The translations under genes and the position numbers were made by a program. Under the pieces are notes generated by a model. The model had not been told where the DNA came from. It searched no databases and was given only the letters and a program-made list of their open reading frames with translations. This document shows, piece by piece, positions 12,344-21,740 of a DNA stretch of 64,000 bases. Numbering within the stretch: the stretch's first letter is position 1; the number at the start of each line of letters is the position of its first letter. The stretch is from Cyanobacteria bacterium auto_48_18 (lineage in GTDB: Bacteria; Cyanobacteriota; Vampirovibrionia; Obscuribacterales; Obscuribacteraceae): positions 32,001-96,000 of the forward strand of contig JAVHQC010000015.1 of the NCBI GenBank assembly GCA_036170915.1, read 5' to 3'.

Positions 12344-12380
12344 TCATTTCGGTTTCCGTGTACATGTTCCATAAGTTTAG

Positions 12381-12415
12381 GAGGGGGAGTTTGACCGTCT
12401 CTCGGCACTCCCCTC
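12381..12415 (-). promoter_or_regulatory. GC-rich stem-loop in the gatC-pyrG spacer
   Basis: Minus strand GAGGGGAGU-GCCGAGAGACGGUC-AAACUCCCCCUC, with no U-tract after it. Confidence 0.4.
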
Positions 12416-12444
12416 AATTTCGCTGTTTTGTTTTTCATTTCTAG

Positions 12445-12729
12445 CTATTCCCCAATCCTGGGAACTTTGAAAAATGCGCCTTCTTTCAGCGGCGCGTTTT
12501 CCATGAGCACTTCGCGGCCAAGAGAGCTTATGACAACATCGTCTCTCATTACATTAACCACAGGAATCGGATGTGACATCGGTTCTACACCGGTAGTGTC
12601 AACCTGATTAAGTTCGCCGAAATAATCCATAATGCGGCTGAGCTGCTCGGTAAAGCGCTGGCTTTCGTCTGCAGTCAGGCTTAACCTGGCTAATTTGGCA
12701 ACATGTTGTACGTCTTCTACAGTTATCAT
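12445..12729 (-). CDS. gatC: Asp/Glu-tRNA amidotransferase subunit C
   Basis: VQHVAKLARL, VDTTGVEP, NVMRDD, NAP..FFKVPRI. Confidence 0.96.
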   Translation of the reverse strand: MITVEDVQHVAKLARLSLTADESQRFTEQLSRIMDYFGELNQVDTTGVEPMSHPIPVVNVMRDDVVISSLGREVLMENAPLKEGAFFKVPRIGE

Positions 12730-12735
12730 CTGTTT

Positions 12736-12744
12736 AGTATGCCA
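12736..12744 (-). promoter_or_regulatory. Extended -10 promoter candidate for gatC-pyrG
   Basis: TG-G-CATACT ending 6 nt before the gatC ATG; no SD. Confidence 0.4.
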
Positions 12745-12798
12745 GACACTTGAATAGATCTTCTGGTATTCTCGCAGAAAGAGCCATCGGTGTGAACT

Positions 12799-13830
12799 GT
12801 GATCATAGAGTTAGTTAGTTTAGTTTTGACCCTGGTCTTCATTGTCGCCTCTGCAGAGCTCTTTACAAATGGAATTGAATGGCTCGGTCAGCGTCTTCAA
12901 CTCAGTGAAGGGGTGGTGGGAAGCGTCTTTGCCGCCGTAGGCACGGCCCTCCCTGAGACCCTCATACCGGTAGTCGCCCTGGTCTGCTTCAGCCGCCAGC
13001 ACGGTGTGGAAGTGGGCATCGGCGCCATCGCCGGGGCACCCTTCATGCTCAGCACCCTTACCCTTGGCCTCTGCGGTATCGCCTGTCTGGTATTCACAGC
13101 AACCAAGCGCAGACAACCTGGCATTGAGATAAAAAAGGCAGTTATAGGTCGAGATTTGAAGTTTTTCATCTGCTCGTACACGCTAGCTTTGCTGGCTTCG
13201 TTCCTGCCCGCTCATCCTTTGATTCGCTACTTTGTCGCCGGCGCGCTGGTTTTAATCTATCCCTACTATTTATATATCTGCTTTAAGCATGAGGGGGAAG
13301 TTGGTGAATGCCCCGAGGTCCTTTATCTAGATAGACTGTTTAAAAAAGGGTCGCAGCGACTGCATTTGATCATCACTCAGATTGTGCTGGCTTTGCTTGG
13401 TATTGTGGGCGGTGCCTACATGTTTGTTGGCTGCATTCAGAATCTATCAGACGATTTCAATATTTCGCCACTGGTACTTTCATTGATTGTCACTCCCATC
13501 GCCACTGAGCTGCCTGAAAAAATCAATAGCGTGCTCTGGTTGCGAGGCAATAAAGATACTCTGGCCATCGGCAATGTCACCGGTGCCTTAGTCTTTCAAA
13601 GTTGTTTTCCTGTTGCTTTTGGCGTCGCCTTTACCAGCTGGAATTTAGACCACGGCACCCAGTTGTCTGGAGCCGTAGCCGTTGTCTCAGCGGCTATTTA
13701 TTTGGCTTTTCTTAGTTATGGTCGCTTGAAGCCCGAGCATCTGATGTGCGGTGCCTTAATTTACGCTTGCACCATTGCCACTATTATTCAGTGGGCGCCG
13801 GTTATGCCGCTGCACCACCTCCACCACTAA
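12799..13830 (+). CDS. Sodium:calcium antiporter (CaCA family)
   Basis: Alpha repeats AVGTALPE and PIATELPE; about 10 TMs; His-rich C-terminus. Confidence 0.9.
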   Translation: MIIELVSLVLTLVFIVASAELFTNGIEWLGQRLQLSEGVVGSVFAAVGTALPETLIPVVALVCFSRQHGVEVGIGAIAGAPFMLSTLTLGLCGIACLVFTATKRRQPGIEIKKAVIGRDLKFFICSYTLALLASFLPAHPLIRYFVAGALVLIYPYYLYICFKHEGEVGECPEVLYLDRLFKKGSQRLHLIITQIVLALLGIVGGAYMFVGCIQNLSDDFNISPLVLSLIVTPIATELPEKINSVLWLRGNKDTLAIGNVTGALVFQSCFPVAFGVAFTSWNLDHGTQLSGAVAVVSAAIYLAFLSYGRLKPEHLMCGALIYACTIATIIQWAPVMPLHHLHH

Positions 13831-13861
13831 GCTGCAAGATGGGCAAGATAAGATGTGAAGC

Positions 13862-14950
13862 TTAGGCCTGGTCTGTGTTTGGGTCAGGCAGAGCGTCTAA
13901 TTTGGTTGAAGTGGTTCTGGCCAGATGCTCATCGTGAGATGGCAAGTTACTCTTGCTGTCAGGGTGAGAACCGTCGGCTGGGTAAAGGAAATCGAGGATT
14001 TCTTTAATCGATGCTGCCACTGGTATGGCAATTAGCATACCAAGAGCGCCCGCCATTACTTCACCACAAAGTACGGCAAAGATAATTGCCAGTGGATGTA
14101 AGTTAATAGCGTGACCAATGAAGCGCGGCACGATTACATAATCTTCGATCAGGCGTGCAATCCAGTAGCCGAGAATAATTTTGATTGCTATGCCCACACC
14201 ATATTGAGATACACCAACTATGGTGGCAATACTGATAGCAAAAAACGGTCCAAGCACTGGAATGATTTCTAAAAAGCCGCTGAGAATTGCAATCAAGAGG
14301 GCATATTTGATATGCAGCCAGAAGTGCAAAATACCGTAGGCAACGCAAGACATTAAAGCAATGAGAAGCAACTGGCCGCGAACATATTTGCTCAACATCA
14401 CATTCATTTGCGATGACAGCTTAATCACCATTTCATGGTTTTTCTTGGGAATAAATCTGAGGCAGAAAAGGCCTACGCGTCTGCTGTCGATGATGAAATA
14501 AATTGACGATACAGTACAGACAAGGACAGCCAGTAAGCTCTTAGAAAGCACACCACCAATGTGCATCAGCTCTTCGGGAGAGCCGATGTTTTGTTCGAGA
14601 CTTCTGGTAATTTCGCCCGCTGTTTTTACGACATCAAGTTGCCAGTTGAAAGTGTCGGACAATTGCTTGACCATGCTGATCACAATTTCGTCACGCTGCG
14701 TGGCCAGTGCCGTAAATTGTTCGATGATTGATTGGCCAAACCAGCTGCTAGTGGCGATGAGCAAGCCGATCATTGAGACATAAATGAGCAGTACCGATAA
14801 ACCGGGCCGGCATCTAAAAGTACTGCTGAACCAATTTACCAGTGGCAACAGAAGGTAGGCAATAATGCCACCAACTATAAAAGGCGGGAAGACTTCTCTA
14901 ATAAAATAGAGAAACCAGAGTAAGAGAAAAACGCCGGTCAGCTTGAGCAT
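13862..14950 (-). CDS. AI-2E family transporter
   Basis: IAYLLLPLV, YVRGQL, EIIPVLGP and LHPL...GMLIAIPVAA motifs. Confidence 0.92.
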   Translation of the reverse strand: MLKLTGVFLLLWFLYFIREVFPPFIVGGIIAYLLLPLVNWFSSTFRCRPGLSVLLIYVSMIGLLIATSSWFGQSIIEQFTALATQRDEIVISMVKQLSDTFNWQLDVVKTAGEITRSLEQNIGSPEELMHIGGVLSKSLLAVLVCTVSSIYFIIDSRRVGLFCLRFIPKKNHEMVIKLSSQMNVMLSKYVRGQLLLIALMSCVAYGILHFWLHIKYALLIAILSGFLEIIPVLGPFFAISIATIVGVSQYGVGIAIKIILGYWIARLIEDYVIVPRFIGHAINLHPLAIIFAVLCGEVMAGALGMLIAIPVAASIKEILDFLYPADGSHPDSKSNLPSHDEHLARTTSTKLDALPDPNTDQA

Positions 14951-14965
14951 TAATATTCTTCTTTC

Positions 14966-16219
14966 TTAGCCGACTGCAATCGGTTCTTTATTGAGTTCGC
15001 TAAAGTCATGCACTTGAGCACCAACAAGTTTAACCAGTAGCCATGCTGGTCTAAAGCGCTCGCCCTGGGCTTGATGATAGGCCGTGAGTTCTTGCAGGCA
15101 CCAGGCCAGACCTTTTTCTTTAGCCAGGGCCATGAGGCCGATTTTGAACCCGCAACCATTTTGCATAGCAACGTCGATGTCGTCAGCTTCGACGACTTGT
15201 TCTTGCAAACAGTAAATCGACTCGTTGAGCATTGGTAGAATTACACGCAATGCATCAAAGCCATGGGTTTTGGTACCAGATTTAGATGATGGTTGTGCAG
15301 CAGTTTCTTTGTTTGCTTGCGCAATCATTTCTTGCAAAGCTGGATTTATTTTTTTAGCTTCACCCTTAACCGCATTTTTGTCGTGCAAATAGAAACCGGC
15401 ACCCGTTTTTTGCCCCAGCGCACCAGCTGCAACCATTTTGGCCAGCAGTGGTGACGGTGAGAAACGTGGACCATACTGGCTGTACAAGAATTTATTGACA
15501 TGTGCGCATACGTCTATGCCGGTCATGTCGAATAAGGCGAAAGGGCCCATAGGCAGGCCAAACTCAACTACTTTGGCGTCGATTTCTTCTGGTGTTGCCA
15601 AGCCTTCCTGCAAAACATACAGCGCTTCATTCATATAAGTGAAGAGCACGCGGTTAACGAGGAAACCTGGGCATTCCTCAACCTTGACAGGGGTTTTTTG
15701 CATGTCGTGGCAAAGCTCAAGGGCGATTTTTACGGTCTCTTCTGAAGTTTTTACTCCAGGGATAACCTCTACCAGTTTCATAAACTGGGCTGGATTGAAG
15801 AAGTGCATGCCCACAACTTTTTCAGGACGTTTAGTTGCTGCTGCAATTTCAGAAATTGATAAAGCTGAAGTATTAGTGGCAAGAATTGCACGCGCGGGGC
15901 AAATTTCATCAAGAGTCTTGAAAATGTCGAGCTTGACTGAAATTTCTTCGAAAGCCGCTTCAATGACAAGATCGACGTTCTTGAAATCTTCGTAAGAGGT
16001 AGTACCTTTTACAAGAGCAAATAATTTGTCGGCTTCAGGCTGAGCCATGCCTTTTTTTACACGAGAGTCGAACATTTTTTTGATGTTTCCAAGCCCTCTG
16101 TCAACAGCTGCTTGTTCTACATCTTTTAGAAGCACTTCTATGCCGCACTGGCTCAAAACACAGGCAATTCCGCTGCCCATAGCGCCCGCACCGATTACTG
16201 CCGCTCTCTGCACTCTCAT
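14966..16219 (-). CDS. 3-hydroxyacyl/3-hydroxybutyryl-CoA dehydrogenase with a duplicated C-terminal domain
   Basis: GAGAMGSG, DLVIEA, ATNTS, GMHFFNP, PGFLVNR, PMGPF; second 3HCDH-like segment (DIDVAM..G). Confidence 0.92.
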   Translation of the reverse strand: MRVQRAAVIGAGAMGSGIACVLSQCGIEVLLKDVEQAAVDRGLGNIKKMFDSRVKKGMAQPEADKLFALVKGTTSYEDFKNVDLVIEAAFEEISVKLDIFKTLDEICPARAILATNTSALSISEIAAATKRPEKVVGMHFFNPAQFMKLVEVIPGVKTSEETVKIALELCHDMQKTPVKVEECPGFLVNRVLFTYMNEALYVLQEGLATPEEIDAKVVEFGLPMGPFALFDMTGIDVCAHVNKFLYSQYGPRFSPSPLLAKMVAAGALGQKTGAGFYLHDKNAVKGEAKKINPALQEMIAQANKETAAQPSSKSGTKTHGFDALRVILPMLNESIYCLQEQVVEADDIDVAMQNGCGFKIGLMALAKEKGLAWCLQELTAYHQAQGERFRPAWLLVKLVGAQVHDFSELNKEPIAVG

Positions 16220-16333
16220 ACAAAGTCCTCATGATTATGTCACTGGTTGGCGCTATGCTAGCATCTTTAGGTCACAGCCCCGAAAACCGTCAGCCGGAAT
16301 TTAAGAAATTACAGAAGGACAGAAGGTCAGACT

Positions 16334-17713
16334 ATGTTGACAACGCTCATGAGGAAGACAGATTGTTCGCCGGATGCGGCCACAATCGCCGAGACACCAA
16401 AGCATTTGGGTTGGGTGATGCTTTCAGCGCTAGGCATTGGTGCCACCATCGGTGCTGGCATCTTCGCTATGCCCGGTATTATTGCAGGCAAGGCGGGGCC
16501 AGCTGGAATTCTTTCTTTTCTTCTGACTGGATTCGTCATTATGCTGATTGCATTTTGCTACGAAAAGTTTTCCATTCGTGTACCTCATGGTGTCTCAGCT
16601 TACAGTTATGTTTACCACTCAATTGGCGAATTAGTGGCCTGGATTGTGGCTTTTGGTCTCTTTCTTGAATATAGTTTTGGTGCTTCGGCGGTATCAATTG
16701 CCTGGGGCGAATATTTGAAAAACGCTCTGGGTTTTTCTGTGCCTGCTTTCTGGAGCGGTCCAACAATCGACGCTCAAAATCAATTTCATTTTGGCATCAA
16801 TTTTATTGCCATCGCGGTAATAGCTGTGGTCAGTATTGTTCTTATTTTGGGTGGTGTAAAAAAATCAGCCAAGCTCAATTTTGCTCTTGTAGTGCTGAAA
16901 CTGACACTGCTTGTCACTTTCCTGGCAGTAGGCATTCGGCACGTCAATCCTTCCAACTGGTTTCCCTTTATGCCTTTTGGTTTTGAAGGCGTACTAAAGG
17001 GCGCAGCCACTGCTGTTTTTCCTTTTGTTGGCTTTGATGCTCTCTACACTTTTGCTCGCGAATCGAAGTCGCTTAAAGATACAAAATGGGCGACCTATTC
17101 GTGTGTTGGCATTGTTGCTTTCTTATATGTCACTGTGATGGCGGTGGCAACAGGTTTGGCGCCTTGCTTTATCAACGGTCACCCCAACGAGCTCTTTGTC
17201 GGTTCAGAAGCTGCCGCTCCATTAGCTAAATTGCTAACCGCCGCTGGTGAAGGTTGGACGGCCAAGTTCATCTCGTTTGGAGCGGTGCTCGGTATCTTTA
17301 ATGTACTGCTTGTATTTTGTATGGGTGGCCCGCGCATCTTTCTCAATATGGCCGAAGATGGTCTGCTTCCACCAATCTTTAAGAAGATGAATAACGGTAA
17401 TCCTACCGTTGGTATCATTCTCAACGGTGTAGTGGTGGCAGCCATTGCCGGTTTTGTTCCTTTCGGAAAAATTGCCGATATGATGGTGCTCGGCACACTG
17501 GTGGCATTTATTTTCGTTTGCATCGGGGCGTTAAAGCTTAAGCTGGTTAATCCAATCATTGCCATTGCCGGCGGTGTAGGCTGCGCGATTCTCGCCTGCA
17601 ACCTCGAGAAAGAAGTGTTACAGGTTTATTCAGTCACCCTGCCTGTGGGGCTAATCATCTATTTCTTGTATGGATACAAGAATAGTAAATTGCGGAAGGG
17701 GCAGGGAAAATAG
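16334..17713 (+). CDS. APC-family amino acid permease
   Basis: GIGATIGAGIF, AGPAG and FVGFD motifs; about 12 TMs. Confidence 0.92.
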   Translation: MLTTLMRKTDCSPDAATIAETPKHLGWVMLSALGIGATIGAGIFAMPGIIAGKAGPAGILSFLLTGFVIMLIAFCYEKFSIRVPHGVSAYSYVYHSIGELVAWIVAFGLFLEYSFGASAVSIAWGEYLKNALGFSVPAFWSGPTIDAQNQFHFGINFIAIAVIAVVSIVLILGGVKKSAKLNFALVVLKLTLLVTFLAVGIRHVNPSNWFPFMPFGFEGVLKGAATAVFPFVGFDALYTFARESKSLKDTKWATYSCVGIVAFLYVTVMAVATGLAPCFINGHPNELFVGSEAAAPLAKLLTAAGEGWTAKFISFGAVLGIFNVLLVFCMGGPRIFLNMAEDGLLPPIFKKMNNGNPTVGIILNGVVVAAIAGFVPFGKIADMMVLGTLVAFIFVCIGALKLKLVNPIIAIAGGVGCAILACNLEKEVLQVYSVTLPVGLIIYFLYGYKNSKLRKGQGK

Positions 17714-17842
17714 CAGGCTCTTGTGTTGAGTGTTGCGCGCCACTACAAGTGGTGTTGAATTTGCATTAAATGGTCCTGGACGGTAGCGTTACGCCAATCG
17801 GGAACATATAGCGCGTTATCGTAGCACCAGAAATAATGTAAA

Positions 17843-19403
17843 ATGGTCAACAGAGAACCGTGTACAAATAAGTTTCTCTATTTGGTGGTGGACATTTTCC
17901 AGTCTTTCGCCAATACGCAATGGAATCCCGTTCTTCTCAATCTCTTTATAGGCGCCAACCTACTTACCGCGCTGGCCTTCTTGTTTGTGGCAGTTAATCT
18001 CCACAGGCGCAAAGTCGACGAGCGATTAGTTAAGTGGAAGCGCAGCTTGCTCAGCGCAATTATGATTTCTTGCGGTCTCATAGCAATTCTTGAAATCCAC
18101 AACATGGTATCCCGGTCTCTCGCTCACAGCCTGGTTAACTGTAATGAAAGGATTTATTTTTGTTGTCGCAGGGATTTTACTTTCTCGACATTTATTTAAA
18201 ATTGGCTTTCGCCGCAAGACAGATGTGGTCAATGAGATTCAGAATCAGAAAGAGCTGTTTTTGGAGCAGAGAGTGCAAGCTCGTACAGAAAAGCTTGAGG
18301 AGATTCATGCGTTAAGGCTCATCAATGCGGCAAAATTTCGCACTATTTTTGATCAGCAATTCCAACTTACCGGCTTGTTGTCAGCTGACGGAATATTGCT
18401 TGAAGCGAATCAAACAGCTCTGAGTTTTGTCGGCCTGCCCAGGGGGGAGGTAGTTGGTAAGCAATTTTGGCTGACACCATTCTGGACCCAATCTGAAGAG
18501 CAGCATGCTCAACTTAAGGCTGCAATTAAAGATGCGGCTGCTGGTAATTTTGTTCGTTTTGAAACTGAGCATTTTGGCGTTGATGGCCGCATGGACGTAG
18601 ATTTTTCGCTTAAGCCTATCGTTGAAGCAGACGGCACCACTGTTCTCATTGCTGAAGGCCGTGACATAACTGAGCGCAAAAATGCCGAAAAACAGTTAGA
18701 GACACTGGCTCAAGAACTGGCCCGTTCCAACCGCGATCTTCAGCAGTTTGCTCACGCCGCTTCGCATGATCTGCAAGAGCCTTTGCGCACTGTTACGGGC
18801 TTCTGTGCATTGCTGAGCAAAAAATTGGGAAGCGATATTGATTCTGATTCAAAAAAATATTTATCGGTGATTTCCGAAGCCACCGTCCGCATGCAGCAGC
18901 TGATTAAGGCACTCTTACTCTACGCCAGTGTCGGTGCGCAAGACATTGCGTTTGAGAATCTGAACTTAGAAGAGCCATACAAGACTGCTTTGGCTGCACT
19001 GCAAGTATCAATTGACGAATCAGGGGCTGAAATTGTCTGTGATCAGCTGCCGATGGTTCACGGCGATCGGACGCAGTTGACTTTGCTTTTCCAAAATCTA
19101 ATTGGCAACTCAATTAAATTTCGCAGTGCGGCTCCCCCCGAAATTCGAATCAGCGTAAACCAGTTTGCAGACCGGTGGGAACTAATGTTCAGCGACAATG
19201 GTTGCGGGTTTAAAATGGAATATGCTGACCAAATTTTCGTAATTTTTCAGAAGTTGCATTCGCGCGCTAAGTATGAAGGTACTGGAATAGGTCTTGCTAC
19301 TTGTAAGCGAATAATTGAACGACATGGTGGCACAATAAGAGCAGAATCAGAACTCGGTAAGGGGGCTAAATTCATAGTTACCTTCAAAGCAGCAGAGAGC
19401 TAA
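17843..19403 (+). pseudogene. Frameshifted sensor histidine kinase: ethylene-receptor-like 3-TM domain + PAS + Cph1-like HisKA/HATPase
   Basis: ORFs 17843-18199 and 18090-19403 join by a +1 shift at ~18098 (GAA ATC C ACA ACA TGG TAT CCC) into ...SCGLIAILEI/TTWYPG.... H-box ASHDLQEPLR and G-boxes are intact. Confidence 0.75.
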
Positions 19404-19408
19404 GAATA

Positions 19409-21346
19409 ATGCGTACTTTAAAAATACTTCTAGTCGAAGATAATCCCGAAGATGTTTTCCTCATGCAAAATACGCTGCTTGAAGCAAAAGTGCCACACGA
19501 GTTGCAAGTGCTCGAAGACGGCGAGGAGGCAATTGATTATTTACTCGGTTTAGCTGCCGGTGACACTACCATCGCGCTAGACCTGGTGGTTCTCGATTTA
19601 AGTTTGCCGAAGCGCAATGGACATGAAGTACTTTCTGAAATAAGAAAGTGTCATGCATTCTTGCAACTGCCTGTGGTGGTCTTAACCACTTCAGAAGACA
19701 TGGAAGATCGAAAGAAAGTTTTAGAGCATGGTGCAAGCTATGTGACCAAGCCGGCTAATCTTGAAAACTTTTTTCGAGTCTTGGAGATTCTCGAAATTGC
19801 CACATATGATTTTGCTGCCAAGCAAAGCGATTTAGAAATTGAATCACCGTTGGAAATATTGGGACCTGAACGCACTAAGGTTCTAGTGGTTGAAGATAAT
19901 CCAAGCGACGTTTTGTTTTTGCAAGAACTACTTAAAGCGGCAGCTTTACCCATTGAATTGACAGTGGTGGAAACCCTCAAATCTGCATTAAAGTACCTCA
20001 GCAACCACACACCCACTATAATTCTGGCCGACTTAGGATTGCCTGATGCTGACGGTTTAGATGTGCTGCTGGGGCTGCAGTCTACAGCTAAGGACTGTCC
20101 AATTGTTATTCTCACTGGCTGTGACGAAGAAAGCGTCGCTGAGCAAGCGCTGCGTCAGGGTGCACAAGATTATCTGGTTAAAGGGCAGTTTGATGAGCGA
20201 ACGCTTTTGCGTTCTTTAAGGTACGCAATTACGCGCAAGCAAGCAGAAGAAAGCGCGCTACGTGCAATGTCATTTGAAAATGTGGTGCTTCAAGAAATTC
20301 TCGAGCATACACCCATCGGAATTGCACGCTTGGATGCCAAAATGAATGTTGTCACTTGCAACCAGATGTTTTCGGATCTTTTAGAAGTCGATAATGCCGC
20401 CACTGTGGGCACTGATATTGTTAGTTTGATTCCAGTTCTAAGTCCTGAAGTCTGGGCTGGAGTCAAGAATGGCACTCCGTTCCGTCTCAATCAGTGTCCC
20501 TTTAAAAAGCGAGTAACGTCAGAAAATATGGTTCTCGATTTAACAGTGTGGCCTATTCGCAGTCGTGACAATGATACTAAGGGTGGTATTGTTCTTGCTC
20601 TTGATATTACCGAACAGATTAAGCTACTTAAACAGCAAGACGACTTTCTTGCATCACTGGCCCATGATATTAAGAACCCACTGCTGGGTGCTGGTCAGAT
20701 TTTAAAATTTTTGAGCAATCCTTCGCTGTCCAAAGAAGATCAAGCCAGTATGGTTTCACTGTTGGAGCAAAGCAACAGCAGTGTTTTGGTGATGTTACAA
20801 AATCTTCTCGAAATTTATCGCTATGAAGCAAACGCAAAATCTTTAGTTTTTGCACCGGTTCAGATTGGTCAACCTATTAATGATGCAGTTACTTTAATGG
20901 CTGCTGCCGCCTTTTCCAAAAATATCAAAGTTGATGTTAACTTGCCGGTGAAGTTGCCACTGATTCAAGCGGAGTGCACCGGCATTGAACGGTTATTCAG
21001 CAATCTGCTCGACAATGCAATACGCTTTTCAAAACAGGACAGCGTGATAACTATTTCTGCCTCTGAACAGTCATGTGACCATACTTTGACTATAGAAGTC
21101 AGCGACACCGGCTCAGGAATGTCAGCTCAACAGCAGGCCGCGATTTTTCAGCGCTTTGGTGAATCGAGTGCAGGTAAATTTAAGGGTGGAATTAGCTCGG
21201 GGCTCGGCTTGTACCTTTGCAAACAAATAGTCGAGTCCAGTAATGGCAGTATCACTTGCCAGAGCGAGCAAGGCGTGGGCACAAAGTTCATTATTCGTTT
21301 TCCGGTAGTGCTTGAGCCAAATTTAAAAGAGGCGCAGACCTGCTAA
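19409..21346 (+). CDS. Hybrid REC-REC-PAS histidine kinase with an Rcp1-like first receiver
   Basis: ILLVEDN..LDLSLP..LTTS; second VLVVEDN..ADLGLP; LAHDIKNPL; NLLDNA, DTGSG, GLGL. Confidence 0.92.
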   Translation: MRTLKILLVEDNPEDVFLMQNTLLEAKVPHELQVLEDGEEAIDYLLGLAAGDTTIALDLVVLDLSLPKRNGHEVLSEIRKCHAFLQLPVVVLTTSEDMEDRKKVLEHGASYVTKPANLENFFRVLEILEIATYDFAAKQSDLEIESPLEILGPERTKVLVVEDNPSDVLFLQELLKAAALPIELTVVETLKSALKYLSNHTPTIILADLGLPDADGLDVLLGLQSTAKDCPIVILTGCDEESVAEQALRQGAQDYLVKGQFDERTLLRSLRYAITRKQAEESALRAMSFENVVLQEILEHTPIGIARLDAKMNVVTCNQMFSDLLEVDNAATVGTDIVSLIPVLSPEVWAGVKNGTPFRLNQCPFKKRVTSENMVLDLTVWPIRSRDNDTKGGIVLALDITEQIKLLKQQDDFLASLAHDIKNPLLGAGQILKFLSNPSLSKEDQASMVSLLEQSNSSVLVMLQNLLEIYRYEANAKSLVFAPVQIGQPINDAVTLMAAAAFSKNIKVDVNLPVKLPLIQAECTGIERLFSNLLDNAIRFSKQDSVITISASEQSCDHTLTIEVSDTGSGMSAQQQAAIFQRFGESSAGKFKGGISSGLGLYLCKQIVESSNGSITCQSEQGVGTKFIIRFPVVLEPNLKEAQTC

Positions 21347-21380
21347 TTGGCCGCTGCTGATGGTCGAGGCATTGGTGTTC

Positions 21381-21740
21381 TTAAAATACTCGACTGCCTA
21401 GTTCCGAACCATCGTCGGGCTTGAGCAGAAGCACGCCACCAGCGTTGACCGCGCTCCCCAATACAAGTACTTCTGAATTGAAGTCGCCAACTTGTTTGCC
21501 TGGGCAATTCATCACACAGGCCACCAGTCTGTTAGTAAGATCATCTAATCGATAGTGCGCTGTGATTTGCGCGCTTGATTGTTTTACACCCAGATCTCCA
21601 AAGTCAATCCAGAGTTTATAAGCTGGCTTTCTCGCCTGGCCAAAAACTTCCGCTTTGATAATTTTCCCGACGCGAATATCGAGGCGCAGGAAAGTATCGA
21701 GGTCTACATTGTCAGAAACTATATTCAAGTTATTTCGCAT
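21381..21740 (-). CDS. csaA: tRNA-binding protein/chaperone CsaA
   Basis: LDIRVGKI, ARKPAYKLWIDFG, KQSSAQIT, SEVLVLG; overlaps the polA stop. Confidence 0.92.
   Translation of the reverse strand: MRNNLNIVSDNVDLDTFLRLDIRVGKIIKAEVFGQARKPAYKLWIDFGDLGVKQSSAQITAHYRLDDLTNRLVACVMNCPGKQVGDFNSEVLVLGSAVNAGGVLLLKPDDGSELGSRVF

Noticed and set aside
12381..12415. Resemblance of the pyrG-leader hairpin to a tRNA D-arm
   Set aside because: No anticodon arm, T arm or acceptor stem can be built.
18085..18115. Programmed ribosomal frameshift or phase variation at the kinase frameshift
   Set aside because: There is no slippery heptamer, homopolymer run or obvious stimulatory structure at the junction.
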